From positions 18,636,787-18,681,226 of the forward strand of contig NC_068988.1 of NCBI RefSeq assembly GCF_001194135.2: DNA of 44,440 bases. The letters run 5' to 3'. This stretch comes from Octopus bimaculoides (Eukaryota). The notes beneath the pieces were generated by a model, which did not search any database, was not told where the DNA came from, and saw only the letters and a list, made by a program, of their open reading frames with translations. A program made the translations under genes and the position numbers. Position 1 is the first letter of the stretch, and the number at the start of each line of letters is the position of its first letter. Of the stretch, positions 24,886-36,466 are shown in pieces.

Positions 24886-25279
24886 TTTACTCTTTTACTT
24901 GTTTTAGTCATTTGTCTGTGGCCATGCTGGAGCACCCCCTTTAGTCGAGCAAATCGACCCCAGGACTTATTCTTTGGAAGCCTAGTACTTATTCTATCGG
25001 TCTCTTTTGCCGAACCGCTAAGTTACGGGGACCACTAAGTTACATCGATTGTCAAGCGATGTTGGGGGGATAAACACAGACACACACACACACACATATA
25101 TATATACATATATACGACGGGCTTCTTTCAGTTTTCCGTCTACCAAATCCACTCACAGGGCTTTGGTTGGCCCGAGACTATAGTAGAAGACACTTGCCCA
25201 AGATGCCACGCAGTGGGAATGAACCCAGAACCATGTGGTTGGTGAGCAAGCTACTTACCACACAGCCACTCCTGCGCCT
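24886..25279 (-). mobile_element. tRNA-derived SINE family B, full length
   Basis: High identity to 13512-13944. Confidence 0.92.
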
Positions 25280-25475
25280 ACATATTTTGCATATTTAAAA
25301 TAAAAGAGAAAAGTCTATACCATAAGACAGAGAACTTCTGTGTTATTTGTGACTCCGCTATTCTTCCCCACCCCACCCCCACTTTAATTACTGATTTCTA
25401 AGTTTGAGTCATGACCACAAATAACATGGGTATATTCTCAAGCCTATGTAAGAATTCAATATATCTACCACATTT

Positions 25476-25685
25476 GGGCAGTGAGCTGGCAGATTCGGTA
25501 GTATGCTGGACAAAATAATTAGTGACATTTCATCTGTCTTTATGTTTTGAGTTCAAATTCCACAGAGGTTGCATTTGCCTTTCATCCTTTTGGGGGTTAA
25601 TAAAATAAGTACCAGTTTAGCATAGGTAATTGACTCAGCCCCACCCCTTAAAATGGCTGGCCTTGTACTAAAATTTAAAACCAAT
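25476..25685 (+). mobile_element. SINE family D copy (diverged)
   Basis: gtgagctggcag...gagttcaaattcc..gaggt....tttgcctttcatccttt.ggggt..ataaaataagtaccag. Confidence 0.75.
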
Positions 25686-27046
25686 ATATTTACTACATTA
25701 AATGTCAGTTCTACTATAAATACTAGTGTTTAACATTTAAGTCCATACCAAGTAAATCTCAGTTTACTATAGATACCATTTGTTGTGTTGTTTTCCTGTT
25801 TCTCTTTCCCATTTGAATCTACTCATCTTGTTTTAGCAGCTAAATCTTCCTCAAATCACACCCTGCTATCTTTAAAAATAAGATCTTGGTCTACTTAATC
25901 AGAGCTGGCCTGCGGAATGATAAACAGCCAACCAACCAATTATCTATTAACTCCACTTAACATTAATATATTTACCGCACTAAATGTCAATTTAACTCTA
26001 TTTACCAAACATTCTCACACCAAGCAGGCTTTGTTTCAATTGGTTGCAGATTCCAGTCTTTCCTTTGAAGTTATTTGTTGACTACTTATTTCTAACAAAC
26101 CAGTAATAACTTATAACACTTTAATAATTTGATTAACTTCAACTAATGTCACACAATCTTCTTGTCTTATATTCTATTAACTCTATTAACTAATTCAATT
26201 AAGTCTTTTATTAAATTATCTCTCATCCAAGTCGTATTGCTTGTATTAAATAAAATAGATGCTGGCTTGACTGTGTGGGTAAAGAGTTTATTTTGTAAGC
26301 ATGTTGTTCTAAACTCAATCCCAGAACACTGCACACAACTCCTACATAGCATTTTTGTACATGTAACACCAACCTAAACATTGAATACCACAGTTTAACC
26401 CATTACCTACCAGTGATCTCTTAAAAATTACAAATTTCGTAATTTTCTGTCAATATTTACACATATCTAATCTTTTTGCCATATCTACAAGGTATATTTC
26501 TCTGATATTCAAATGAGGTTTGCTAATTTTTCACCCAATATCTCGCTTATTTCTATTTAAAATGTTATTTTGATCATTCCAACGTGTTTCTAAGGCTGTT
26601 TTATGCTAGAAATCAAAGTTTCATAAAAAAAATTCCAGTTAATAGAATTACGGGAGGTAATGGGTTAAGGATGTCACATATTTCAGAAAGGGGAGCACAA
26701 TTACCCTCCTTGTATTATTTGGTTCAAAAGGTCACTTTATAATCAAATACTTCCAGGTTTGATTCCACCATGTGGAACATTGTGCACGCGCTTTCTTCCA
26801 CAGTTAGTGCAGGGCATTTTTGTCCATGTGCCACATGTTTTGGAGAGGGAGATGGTCAGCTACTGTAACTTATTGTTGTTGATCCCAGAAAAGGGACAAA
26901 AGATATCAGGACTTAAAGACTCATATCTCTATACAGCAATAGTTTTTCAACCATATTTTGTTGTCTGTGGACCCTTCGATTACTATTTAACTCTAACTGG
27001 ATCCCTGTAGCCTTTTGAAGTTTTTAAAAAGTTCCATTATATGTTT

Positions 27047-27169
27047 CATCATCATCATCATCATCATCTTCATCGTTTAACGTCCGCTTTCCATGCTAGC
27101 ATGGGTTGGACGATTTGACTGAGGACTGGTGAACCAGATGGCTACACCAGGCTCCAATCTGATTTGGCA
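27047..27169 (-). mobile_element. SINE family C fragment followed by an inverted copy of itself
   Basis: (CAT)n end and body as at 2277. 27170-27205 is the exact reverse complement of 27120-27155. Confidence 0.8.
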
Positions 27170-27467
27170 GGAGCCTGGTGTAGCCATCTGGTTCACCAGT
27201 CCTCATTCANNNNNNNNNNNNNNNNNNNNNNNNNNNNNNNNNNNNNNNNNNNNNNNNTACACACACACAAATATGCATATATTTATATATGTACACACAT
27301 ATATACACTCTCACACTGTATTCTCCTTTTACAATTTGGTAAGCTATTTAATAAAACAATATTTTCTTCAGTTAACATTTCATTTCTCAATCTGTCTCTT
27401 TCACTCTCTGTTCATCTCTCTCTCTCTCTCTCTCTTATCCCTTTTACTTTATTTACTTCTTTAGTTC

Positions 27468-27685
27468 CATATATTGGTTTCAAATTTTAGCACAAGGCCA
27501 GCAATTTCGGGGGAAGGAATAAATCGATTACATCGACCCCAGTGCTCAACTGAGACTTAATTTATTGACCCCGAAAGGATGAAAGGCAAAGTCGACCACG
27601 GCGGAATTTGAACTCGGGATGTAAAGACAGACAAAATGCTACTAAGCATTTCGCCTGGTGCGTTAACGATTTTGCCAGCTTGCTG
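27468..27685 (-). mobile_element. SINE family D copy
   Basis: Conserved family D block at about 27530-27610. Confidence 0.85.
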
Positions 27686-27717
27686 CTTTTATGGTTCCAT
27701 ATAATATTAAGTCTTTT

Positions 27718-27800
27718 CTTCATCACCCCCTCCTCCTCTTCATCACCCCCTCCTCCTCCTCTTCATCACCCCTCCTCCTCTTCATCACCCTTCCTCCCTT
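27718..27800. repeat. Short minisatellite (CTTCATCACCCCCTCCTCCT-like, about 4 units)
   Basis: Directly visible. Confidence 0.8.
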
Positions 27801-28436
27801 CTTCTTCCCCTCCTTGTTTTGTATCTATCTTACCCTTACTCATTCTTCCACACCTTCCCTTCTTTTTCTCCTTGGCTCTCTTACTTTGAATCAAACACAT
27901 ATGCACACACATGTGCACACACACACGTGCACACACGTACATTCATAAACGAAGGTAATTATGCCTGTTAGCACTGGAAATGAAAGAGCAGAATTATATG
28001 AAGAGGTGCAAGTTAATTATAGCCACAATCAAATTATGTCAATTATCTATTCTATAGAATAATATATCAATATCTCACAGCCAATTCCAACTCACCAACA
28101 ATTAGATTCGATCATTACCAATCAACACCCTTTTAAATGTAGATTGATTCCACAAACTTATTGACTATCATTGTTCTATTGTATAGGCGTGTGATGTGTG
28201 TGTGTATGTGTATGTGTGTGTGTGTGAATGCAGGAATGTATATGTCATAGATAGATTTACGTATTGTACATATATGTGTGAGTATGTGTATGTATACTCA
28301 CACATGTATGCCTATGCATAGATACATATAAATACATACATATATTACATATATACAAATACATGCATACACAATCACACACACAATCTAGTTGTGTATG
28401 CATGTATATAAACATACAAATATGCATACATATATA

Positions 28437-28526
28437 CGAGGAGGTGCTGTAAAGATCCTGGCGTTGAGGGTATTGTGAAAGGCCTGGCTGGAGGCCCAAC
28501 CTTCCAAGATCTTTTACAGGGCCCAG
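28437..28526 (-). mobile_element. Truncated Tc1/mariner-type MITE
   Basis: Begins TA|CGAGGAGGTGCTGTAAAGATCCTGGC. Its reverse complement aligns with 37505-37590. Confidence 0.7.
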
Positions 28527-28609
28527 TAAAACACACACACACATAAATACATACACATATACATATACATATATATATATATATATATATGCATATATAT
28601 ATGTATATG

Positions 28610-28668
<59 letters not shown>

Positions 28669-29323
28669 NNNNNNNNNNNNNNNNNNNNNNNNNNNNNNNN
28701 NNNNNNNNNNNNNNNNNNNNNNNNNNNNNNNNNNNNNNNNNNNNNNNNNNNNNNNNNNNNNNNNNNNNNNNNNNNNNNNNNNNNNNNNNNNNNNNNNNNN
28801 NNNNNNNNNNNNNNNNNNNNNNNNNNNNNNNNNNNNNNNNNNNNNNNNNNNNNNNNNNNNNNNNNNNNNNNNNNNNNNNNNNNNNNNNNNNNNNNNNNNN
28901 NNNNNNNNNNNNNNNNNNNNNNNNNNNNNNNNNNNNNNNNNNNNNNNNNNNNNNNNNNNNNNNNNNNNNNNNNNNNNNNNNNNNNNNNNNNNNNNNNNNN
29001 NNNNNNNNNNNNNNNNNNNNNNNNNNNNNNNNNNNNNNNNNNNNNNNNNNNNNNNNNNNNNNNNNNNNNNNNNNNNNNNNNNNNNNNNNNNNNNNNNNNN
29101 NNNNNNNNNNNNNNNNNNNNNNNNNNNNNNNNNNNNNNNNNNNNNNNNNNNNNNNNNNNNNNNNNNNNNNNNNNNNNNNNNNNNNNNNNNNNNNNNNNNN
29201 NNNNNNNNNNNNNNNNNNNNNNNNNNNNNNNNNNNNNNNNNNNNNNNNNNNNNNNNNNNNNNNNNNNNNNNNNNNNNNNNNNNNNNNNNNNNNNNNNNNN
29301 NNNNNNNNNNNNNNNNNNNNNNN

Positions 29324-29374
<51 letters not shown>

Positions 29375-30629
29375 AGGTGTGTATGTGTGCATACTGATAC
29401 ATACACATAAGCATGTATAAAGATTTATATGTGAGAGAATGAGAAAAATGAGATCGGATGTAGAGTGAAGTAATTGAAAGAAAAGATGGAGAGGGAAATA
29501 TAGAGGGAGATTAAAGAGAGAGAAAGTGTGGAAAAAGAAAACGAGGATGAAAATGAAGAGAAGATAACAAAGATGAAACTAAGAGAGAGAGAGAAAGAGA
29601 GAGAGAAGTTTACTAAGCATCAAATATCAAAAATTAATTAGGTTTGGTTCTTTCATAAATGGTGCTATTCAGAGATGATTACGATAATGATGTTGATGGA
29701 TGAATGGATGGATAGTGGTGGTGGTGGTGGTGATGATGATAATGATGATGACAGCAAAGAAGATGAAAAGAAATGAATATAAAGTGGCTATCATCATCAT
29801 CAGCAGCATCAAAACCACCACCACCACCACACCACCACCACCACTACTACTACCACCACCACCACCACCACTACTACTACCACCACCACCACCATTATTG
29901 TCATCATCATTTCTAACATTATGGCAGTCACAAATATGTTTAAAGGGCTTGAACACATACACACACACACACACACACGTGTACATATACCCATATACAC
30001 GCACATGTGCATACTTACACATATTTACAGCCCCCACACAGTAACAGGATCAGCAATACCAACAACAACAGTAGCAGCAGCAGCCGGATAGCTTGGCACC
30101 AACATCTTGTGATGTCTTGGACAACCAGCTGTCCTGCGAAATAAGCCGAATTCTCTCAAGAGTTGAAGGAGTGGGAGAATCGGTAGAACGTTGGAAAAAT
30201 GGTTTACAGTATTGGTTTCATTTTTTCATATTTTGGATTCAAATCCTGCCGAAGTCAGTAATGTCTTTCATACCTGTCAATAAGCATCGGTTGATAACAT
30301 GTACCATGGTCTTGCTAACTATTTCAGGTACCAATGTAGTACCAAACCGACACGGACATCGGCTCACTTTTGATCCACCAGAACAACTACGTTGTGAAAA
30401 GCTGGAAGGAGAAGGGGCTGCAACAGTACCCTGCTGGCACCCATTACAGCCGGTGAGATTGAAACAAAGTCCTCTTCCCTAATGGCTTGTCAGCTTTGGA
30501 GAATTCTTGATTCTTGATATTATCCCCCCCTTCTCAAGGAGCTGGTCTTCATTGCCATTCAATAATTATGATACATCCTCAAGAAGCGGAGATGATTTTT
30601 ACAAATCAACAATTCATGTTGCATGGACT

Positions 30630-30770
30630 CAGTGTGAGACGACTGCTGTTATTGTTGGGCCCCTAACTCATCGTAAGGTAAATACCACCATGAGTGGTAT
30701 CCAAACTACAGTGGAGAAGTCTAGCCACTGGATTTGGTTAAAAAGAGATGATGAGCGATGGCTAGAGAAA
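30630..30770 (+). mobile_element. Probable C-terminal fragment of an RLE-type (HERO/NeSL-like) non-LTR retrotransposon ORF
   Basis: Frame reads ...MSGIQTTVEKSSHWIWLKRDDERWLEK, resembling the AEKASxWLWLKRxxxW end I recall from HERO-type ORFs. Recognised from memory only. Confidence 0.45.
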
Positions 30771-32172
30771 TATTTAGCTTTGTTTTTAATAAACAGTTGA
30801 TCTAGCAATCAGGGCCTCATATCAGTGAGGTGTGGGGGGGGGGGTGCGCATTGATGCCGTCGAGAGGTAGGCATACACTTTCTGGTTTCCAGTATGCAGA
30901 GTTCTCGACTGGTAGCACTTGCATGTGCGAGTTGTTTGCAAGACATTTGATATACCTGTCTTGTACAATTTTCAACTATGTGCTATTGGCTACTCTAAAT
31001 ATTTCTCTTAGATCATTTTTGTTTATATCATGCAATGTACCTAGGCGATAACTGTTTTCTACTCTGTTTCATATAAGTCTAAGGCCTTTGGCTACCAGAG
31101 ATAAGGTCGGACAATTGTTGTGTTAATGATGGCTGTTGAGCCCCAGAAATGAGTGTCCACAACTGTCCTGTTATCTCCAAGCAACAAGCCTCTTCTATTA
31201 CCATTTGACAAATATGATATATCCTCTAGAAGTGGAGATGTTAACTTATTAAGTTAACAATTTATGTTGTATGGTACTTGGCATCCTCGTATTTGTCTAT
31301 GAAATGAAGTACCTAGCCAAAGGACCCGACACACTGCCCAGCCCAAGCCTCTTGAGCCGATCGTGATCTGAACATTTTAACCACTTGGCTACGTGCTCTC
31401 ACACTTAATGTATTAGGGAAATGTAGAGTGATATTGATCAATATTAATCACTGGCTAATGAAAATTTAGTATTAAACATTGATTAGCATCCTTTATTTCG
31501 CATTCCATAATTATTTCTAGTTTGTTTTCCAACAATTTATGAATTAATTATATCAACACTAACTCGACTATTGTTTTTCATGCAGATGGTGTGATTATTT
31601 TGTAAATGTTTCTATGCTCTTATGCCAATAAATGTGTCTATTTTGAACCTTCATTTAGTTATTCTTTCATCACTATTTTAGCAAGTATAGGAGAATGTAT
31701 GGTTAGGTGAAGAGTTCAGAATAAGACCAAAACATGTCCAGATTTATCTCCCATACTTCTCTGAAAATTGGAGAAAAATGTTTATCTCATCGTATAATTA
31801 CATCTAGTGTACTATTTAATATACCCCCAGCATGGAATATATTAACAGCAACGTAACTATGTATGTATGTATGTATGTATGCAAGCATGTATACACATAC
31901 ATACATGCATACATAAGTAAAGTTGATGTTTGTTAGTTTACTTCTCAGCACCTATCTACACACACACACACACACACACATATGTAGGTGTACACACATA
32001 TTTATATGTATACTTTATATTCATGCGAATATTGAAGTAATATCTACCATATAACTAATAAGATTATGAGACAGCTGTAAACGAATGGAAAAAACCATCT
32101 ATTCTCTCACTTCCTTAATCTGTTCCATTCAGATATACATACATATATATATGTATGTATGTATGTATGTAC

Positions 32173-32334
32173 GTAGCTGTTTGGTAAGTAGCTTGCTTAC
32201 CAACCACATGGTTCCGGGTTCATTCCAACTGCGTGGCACCTTGGCCAAGTGTCTTCTACTATAGCCTCGGGTCGACCAAAGCCTTGTGAGTGGATTTGGT
32301 AGACGGAAACTGAAAGAAGCCTGTCGTATATATG

Positions 32335-32432
<98 letters not shown>

Positions 32433-32640
32433 GGTGTGTATATGTTTGTGTGTCTCTGTTTGTTCCCCCAACATCGCTTGACAACCGATGGTGGTGTGTT
32501 TACGTCACCGTAACTTAGTGGTTCGGCACTAGAGACCGATCGAATAAGTACTAGGCTTACAAAGAATAAGTCTTGGGGTCGATTTTCTCGACTAAAGGCG
32601 GTGCTCCAGCATGGCCGCAGTAAAATGACTGAAACAAGTA
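32173..32640 (+). mobile_element. SINE family B with expanded internal (TG)n
   Basis: Colinear with 40623, with about 70 bp of (TG)n in the middle. Confidence 0.9.
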
Positions 32641-33343
32641 TATATATATATATATNNNNNNNNNNNNNNNNNNNNNNNNNNNNNNNNNNNNNNNNNNNNN
32701 NNNNNNNNNNNNNNNNNNNNNNNNNNNNNNNNNNNNNNNNNNNNNNNNNNNNNNNNNNNNNNNNNNNNNNNNNNNNNNNNNNNNNNNNNNNNNNNNNNNN
32801 NNNNNNNNNNNNNNNNNNNNNNNNNNNNNNNNNNNNNNNNNNNNNNNNNNNNNNNNNNNNNNNNNNNNNNNNNNNNNNNNNNNNNNNNNNNNNNNNNNNN
32901 NNNNNNNNNNNNNNNNNNNNNNNNNNNNNNNNNNNNNNNNNNNNNNNNNNNNNNNNNNNNNNNNNNNNNNNNNNNNNNNNNNNNNNNNNNNNNNNNNNNN
33001 NNNNNNNNNNNNNNNNNNNNNNNNNNNNNNNNNNNNNNNNNNNNNNNNNNNNNNNNNNNNNNNNNNNNNNNNNNNNNNNNNNNNNNNNNNNNNNNNNNNN
33101 NNNNNNNNNNNNNNNNNNNNNNNNNNNNNNNNNNNNNNNNNNNNNNNNNNNNNNNNNNNNNNNNNNNNNNNNNNNNNNNNNNNNNNNNNNNNNNNNNNNN
33201 NNNNNNNNNNNNNNNNNNNNNNNNNNNNNNNNNNNNNNNNNNNNNNNNNNNNNNNNNNNNNNNNNNNNNNNNNNNNNNNNNNNNNNNNNNNNNNNNNNNN
33301 NNNNNNNNNNNNNNNNNNNNNNNNNNNNNNNNNNNNNNNNNNN

Positions 33344-33374
<31 letters not shown>

Positions 33375-33591
33375 ATACAAATAATATGTGAGTATATGCA
33401 TAAATACGTACATGTATGTACATACCTACATCTACATGTATATATAGATGCATATCTGGGTACAGGACGTCACAAACAAAACGTGGACAAAATGAAAAAC
33501 AGAACATAGACAGAGCACAGAAAACAAACAGGCCACATAGAGAATATTTCCTTCATCAGCTGCCCCTATTCTAAACTAAGCATTTATATAT

Positions 33592-33933
33592 ATTTGTGAA
33601 AGAAGACAACAAACGCCAAGGCATAACAAGCATCTCAATTCACATACATTATTTTCTTATTACCTTACTCTCTACTCTTGTATTTCATTGCTTATTATCT
33701 CCGAATTTTCCATGTCTAGATCTTTTACCTGAAAATTTCCATGCCTAGATCTTTCATATATTCTCGACTTGTCTCTGATGACGGAGTACCCCGTATTTAG
33801 GCATACTCGCCTATCACTTGGGATATCCCAGAAACAGCTGTAAGACTTTAACTAATTTCAGAATAATATAAGATTATGTATATGAATTGAGATGCTTGTT
33901 ATGCCCGGGCGTTTGTTGTCCTCTTTCACAAAT
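33592..33933. mobile_element. Penelope-like element relic: inverted repeats enclosing the hammerhead
   Basis: 33592-33641 and 33884-33933 are inverted repeats matching at 47/50 positions. Hammerhead motifs and inverted pseudo-LTR pieces are known features of Penelope-like elements. Confidence 0.5.
33771..33846 (+). ncRNA. Type I hammerhead ribozyme motif (Penelope/retrozyme-like), probably partly decayed
   Basis: Ordered core: GUCU (stem I), CUGAUGA (33775-33781), stem II (33782-33830), GAAAC, palindromic AGCU, GUA cleavage triplet (33840-33842), AGAC (stem I partner). Confidence 0.72.
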
Positions 33934-34047
33934 TCATATCTGCTAAATCGGAAACCTAAAATGGATCCATAGCTGCCGTCTCAGTTACAAGCTTGGAACC
34001 ATGATAATCCGTTACATTTACCCAGCGTACCTATTGGTTTAGATCAC

Positions 34048-34151
<104 letters not shown>

Positions 34152-34474
34152 GTATGTATATGTATATTTACATATACATATGTATATAAATAATGTTTGC
34201 GTGCATGTGTGTATTTTATTTTGTCATGTTTGTTTTTGCCATTCTCTATTACGTTCGTCAGCTATTCCCAGTGGTCTTTCGCCAAAGTGAACAATATCAA
34301 CTTTAAAGGCACGAAATTGTAATGATCTCATGGAAGTTGACTGATGGGGAATTAGCTACGAATTTTCTGTTTGTTATGGTTTTGTAAAATTTTCCGTTTG
34401 TTGTGTATTTGTAAATTTTTTTAAATATATATATATATATATATATATATTACATACATACATGCATCCATCCA

Positions 34475-34530
<56 letters not shown>

Positions 34531-35344
34531 CGTATATGTATATATAAACGAGAAAAAACAGTGATGAATAAAAAAAGTTTTAAAATACATAAAAACAATA
34601 GCAATACAACAAAGAGCAACAAATTGAATCCCAAATTAATTAGTTGACATATTTCTAAAAATGTTTTGAACATCAAACATTCTGAGCCAAAAGAATAAAA
34701 AAAATACATTGCAAAAATATATTGAAAAAATCCACAAAAATCGTTAATCGCAGAACACAAGCGAATTCTAATAAGGAAGCAAAGACGCAAAGAACTAGAG
34801 ATTTTTAAAAAATGGTTATAAAAGTTTTAAAGATAGTTAGTTATGAATTTTAAGGGCGTTGAATACAACGAATAGTGACGTAAAAGAAATAACTGCACAT
34901 CTACTAAAAAAAATGGTTATTAAATTCTAAATGTATTAATTAGTCCACAAAAGAAACGAAAGATTAGAAAGAGAAAAACATGAGGAAAATCGAAGCGGAA
35001 CTCAAAATAACACGTTGTCCAATAAAAATCCTTATATAACCCTCCACCAAAAACAAACTAAAGCAAACGAAAATAACAAGACACAAAAAAAAAAAAAAAT
35101 AAAAAAAAATAAAGGATTATTGGTTTAAAAATAAAAAGGGAATATTGTAACGAAATATTTATGAGTTTCCCAATATAAGATAATGAAATCGAAAATCAAG
35201 AGCTGAAGTATTACGGATTCTAATGAGTTTTGAACTAAAAAAGAAGAATTTTGGTATCTGAAATAATAATATTTTATGAAGAGAACTGCCAAAATTGAGC
35301 ATAAATTATTCGATCCAAGATTAAGTAAGGATACTATAATAATG

Positions 35345-35397
<53 letters not shown>

Positions 35398-35527
35398 CCT
35401 TTCTATTATAGGCACAAAGCCTGAAATTTGGGGGAGGGGGTATAATCGATTACATCGACCCCCAGTACTCGACTGGTACTTAATTTATCGATCTCGAAAG
35501 GATGAAAGGCAAAGTCGACCCCAGCAG
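35398..35527 (-). mobile_element. SINE family D 3' fragment between (TAA)n and (TAC)n microsatellites
   Basis: Conserved family D block at about 35445-35520. Confidence 0.75.
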
Positions 35528-35529
35528 AA

Positions 35530-35579
<50 letters not shown>

Positions 35580-35846
35580 GTACTACTTGTACTAATAATA
35601 ATAACGATTTTAAAACTGTAAGAAAAGCGAAGTGAATAAATTAAAATTTAAATTTAAATTAAAAGCTAAAAAGTTAAACTAAAAGGTAAAAGTAAAATGT
35701 GTATTAAGATATTTAATGTACCGAGTTAAGATATTAGAATGAATTATTGGAGAGGGGAAAATCGTCATCTTAATGATGAATTCTTTTCCAAAAGGACAGG
35801 GGAGATAAAACCTGTCAATAAATAACGATAAAATCTAACACAGTAC

Positions 35847-35909
35847 CGGAACAAATATCCGGCAAGCTTGCAACCGGAAGTGGTCCGGATTCCTGAATTT
35901 TCCAATTTT
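35847..35909 (-). CDS. Candidate 63-nt phase 1-1 micro-exon of NOS1AP
   Basis: ctctag|AA...G|gtactg. Open frame (E)NWKIQESGPLPVASLPDICS. GC-rich island in AT-rich intron and phase-compatible with the exons on both sides, but the donor is weak. Confidence 0.4.
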
Positions 35910-36202
35910 CTAGAGATAGCCTAAATATATATTAAAATTTTTAAATAAACCATGGAAAGTATAAGTCTTTATCAATCCACCGTCTTATCAATCAACCAAT
36001 TTCAAACACATGCATGCAGACATACACGCACACGTACATAATACATACATACATACATACAATAAGAACTTAGGTTAGGATTTCTAGTTAGTAAAACACA
36101 TATTAATAAATACACGTGAGGCAGCATTATGTCTATTGACATAGCTTACCTTTTGTTAGTTGCACATAAGCAGACTAATGTCGTTTGTTATGGAGGACTT
36201 AC

Positions 36203-36247
36203 CTGTCCTTTTAAGTTTATGTGTGCCATTCAGAATCTCTTGGATTT
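36203..36247 (-). CDS. Candidate 45-nt phase 1-1 micro-exon of NOS1AP
   Basis: cttcttttag|AA...CAG|gtaagt, both sites strong. The only open frame is xIQEILNGTHKLKRT+G. It ends in phase 1, which fits the 23876 acceptor. Confidence 0.65.
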
Positions 36248-36433
36248 CTAAAAGAAGTCAAATTTATCGTAGTTTTATTCATTTTCTGTGGTTTTACAAG
36301 TACAAAACAATACTTTAAATGATGTGTTCGTGTGTGTGGGCGCGAATGTGATTATGTATATGAGATTGTGTGTGTGTGTGTGTGAATGTGATTGTGTGTG
36401 TGTGTGTGATTGTGTGTGTGTGTGTGTGTGTGT

Positions 36434-36466
<33 letters not shown>

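Noticed and set aside
33545-33565. Minus-strand CTGATGA as a second hammerhead
   Set aside because: GAAA follows after only 2 nt, so no stem II is possible and there is no stem I partner.
35840-35895. ETS-type promoter motif (CCGGAAGT) with GCAAGCTTGC palindrome
   Set aside because: A single motif is weak evidence, and the GC-rich island is explained at least as well by the candidate 63-nt exon. Not excluded without TSS data.
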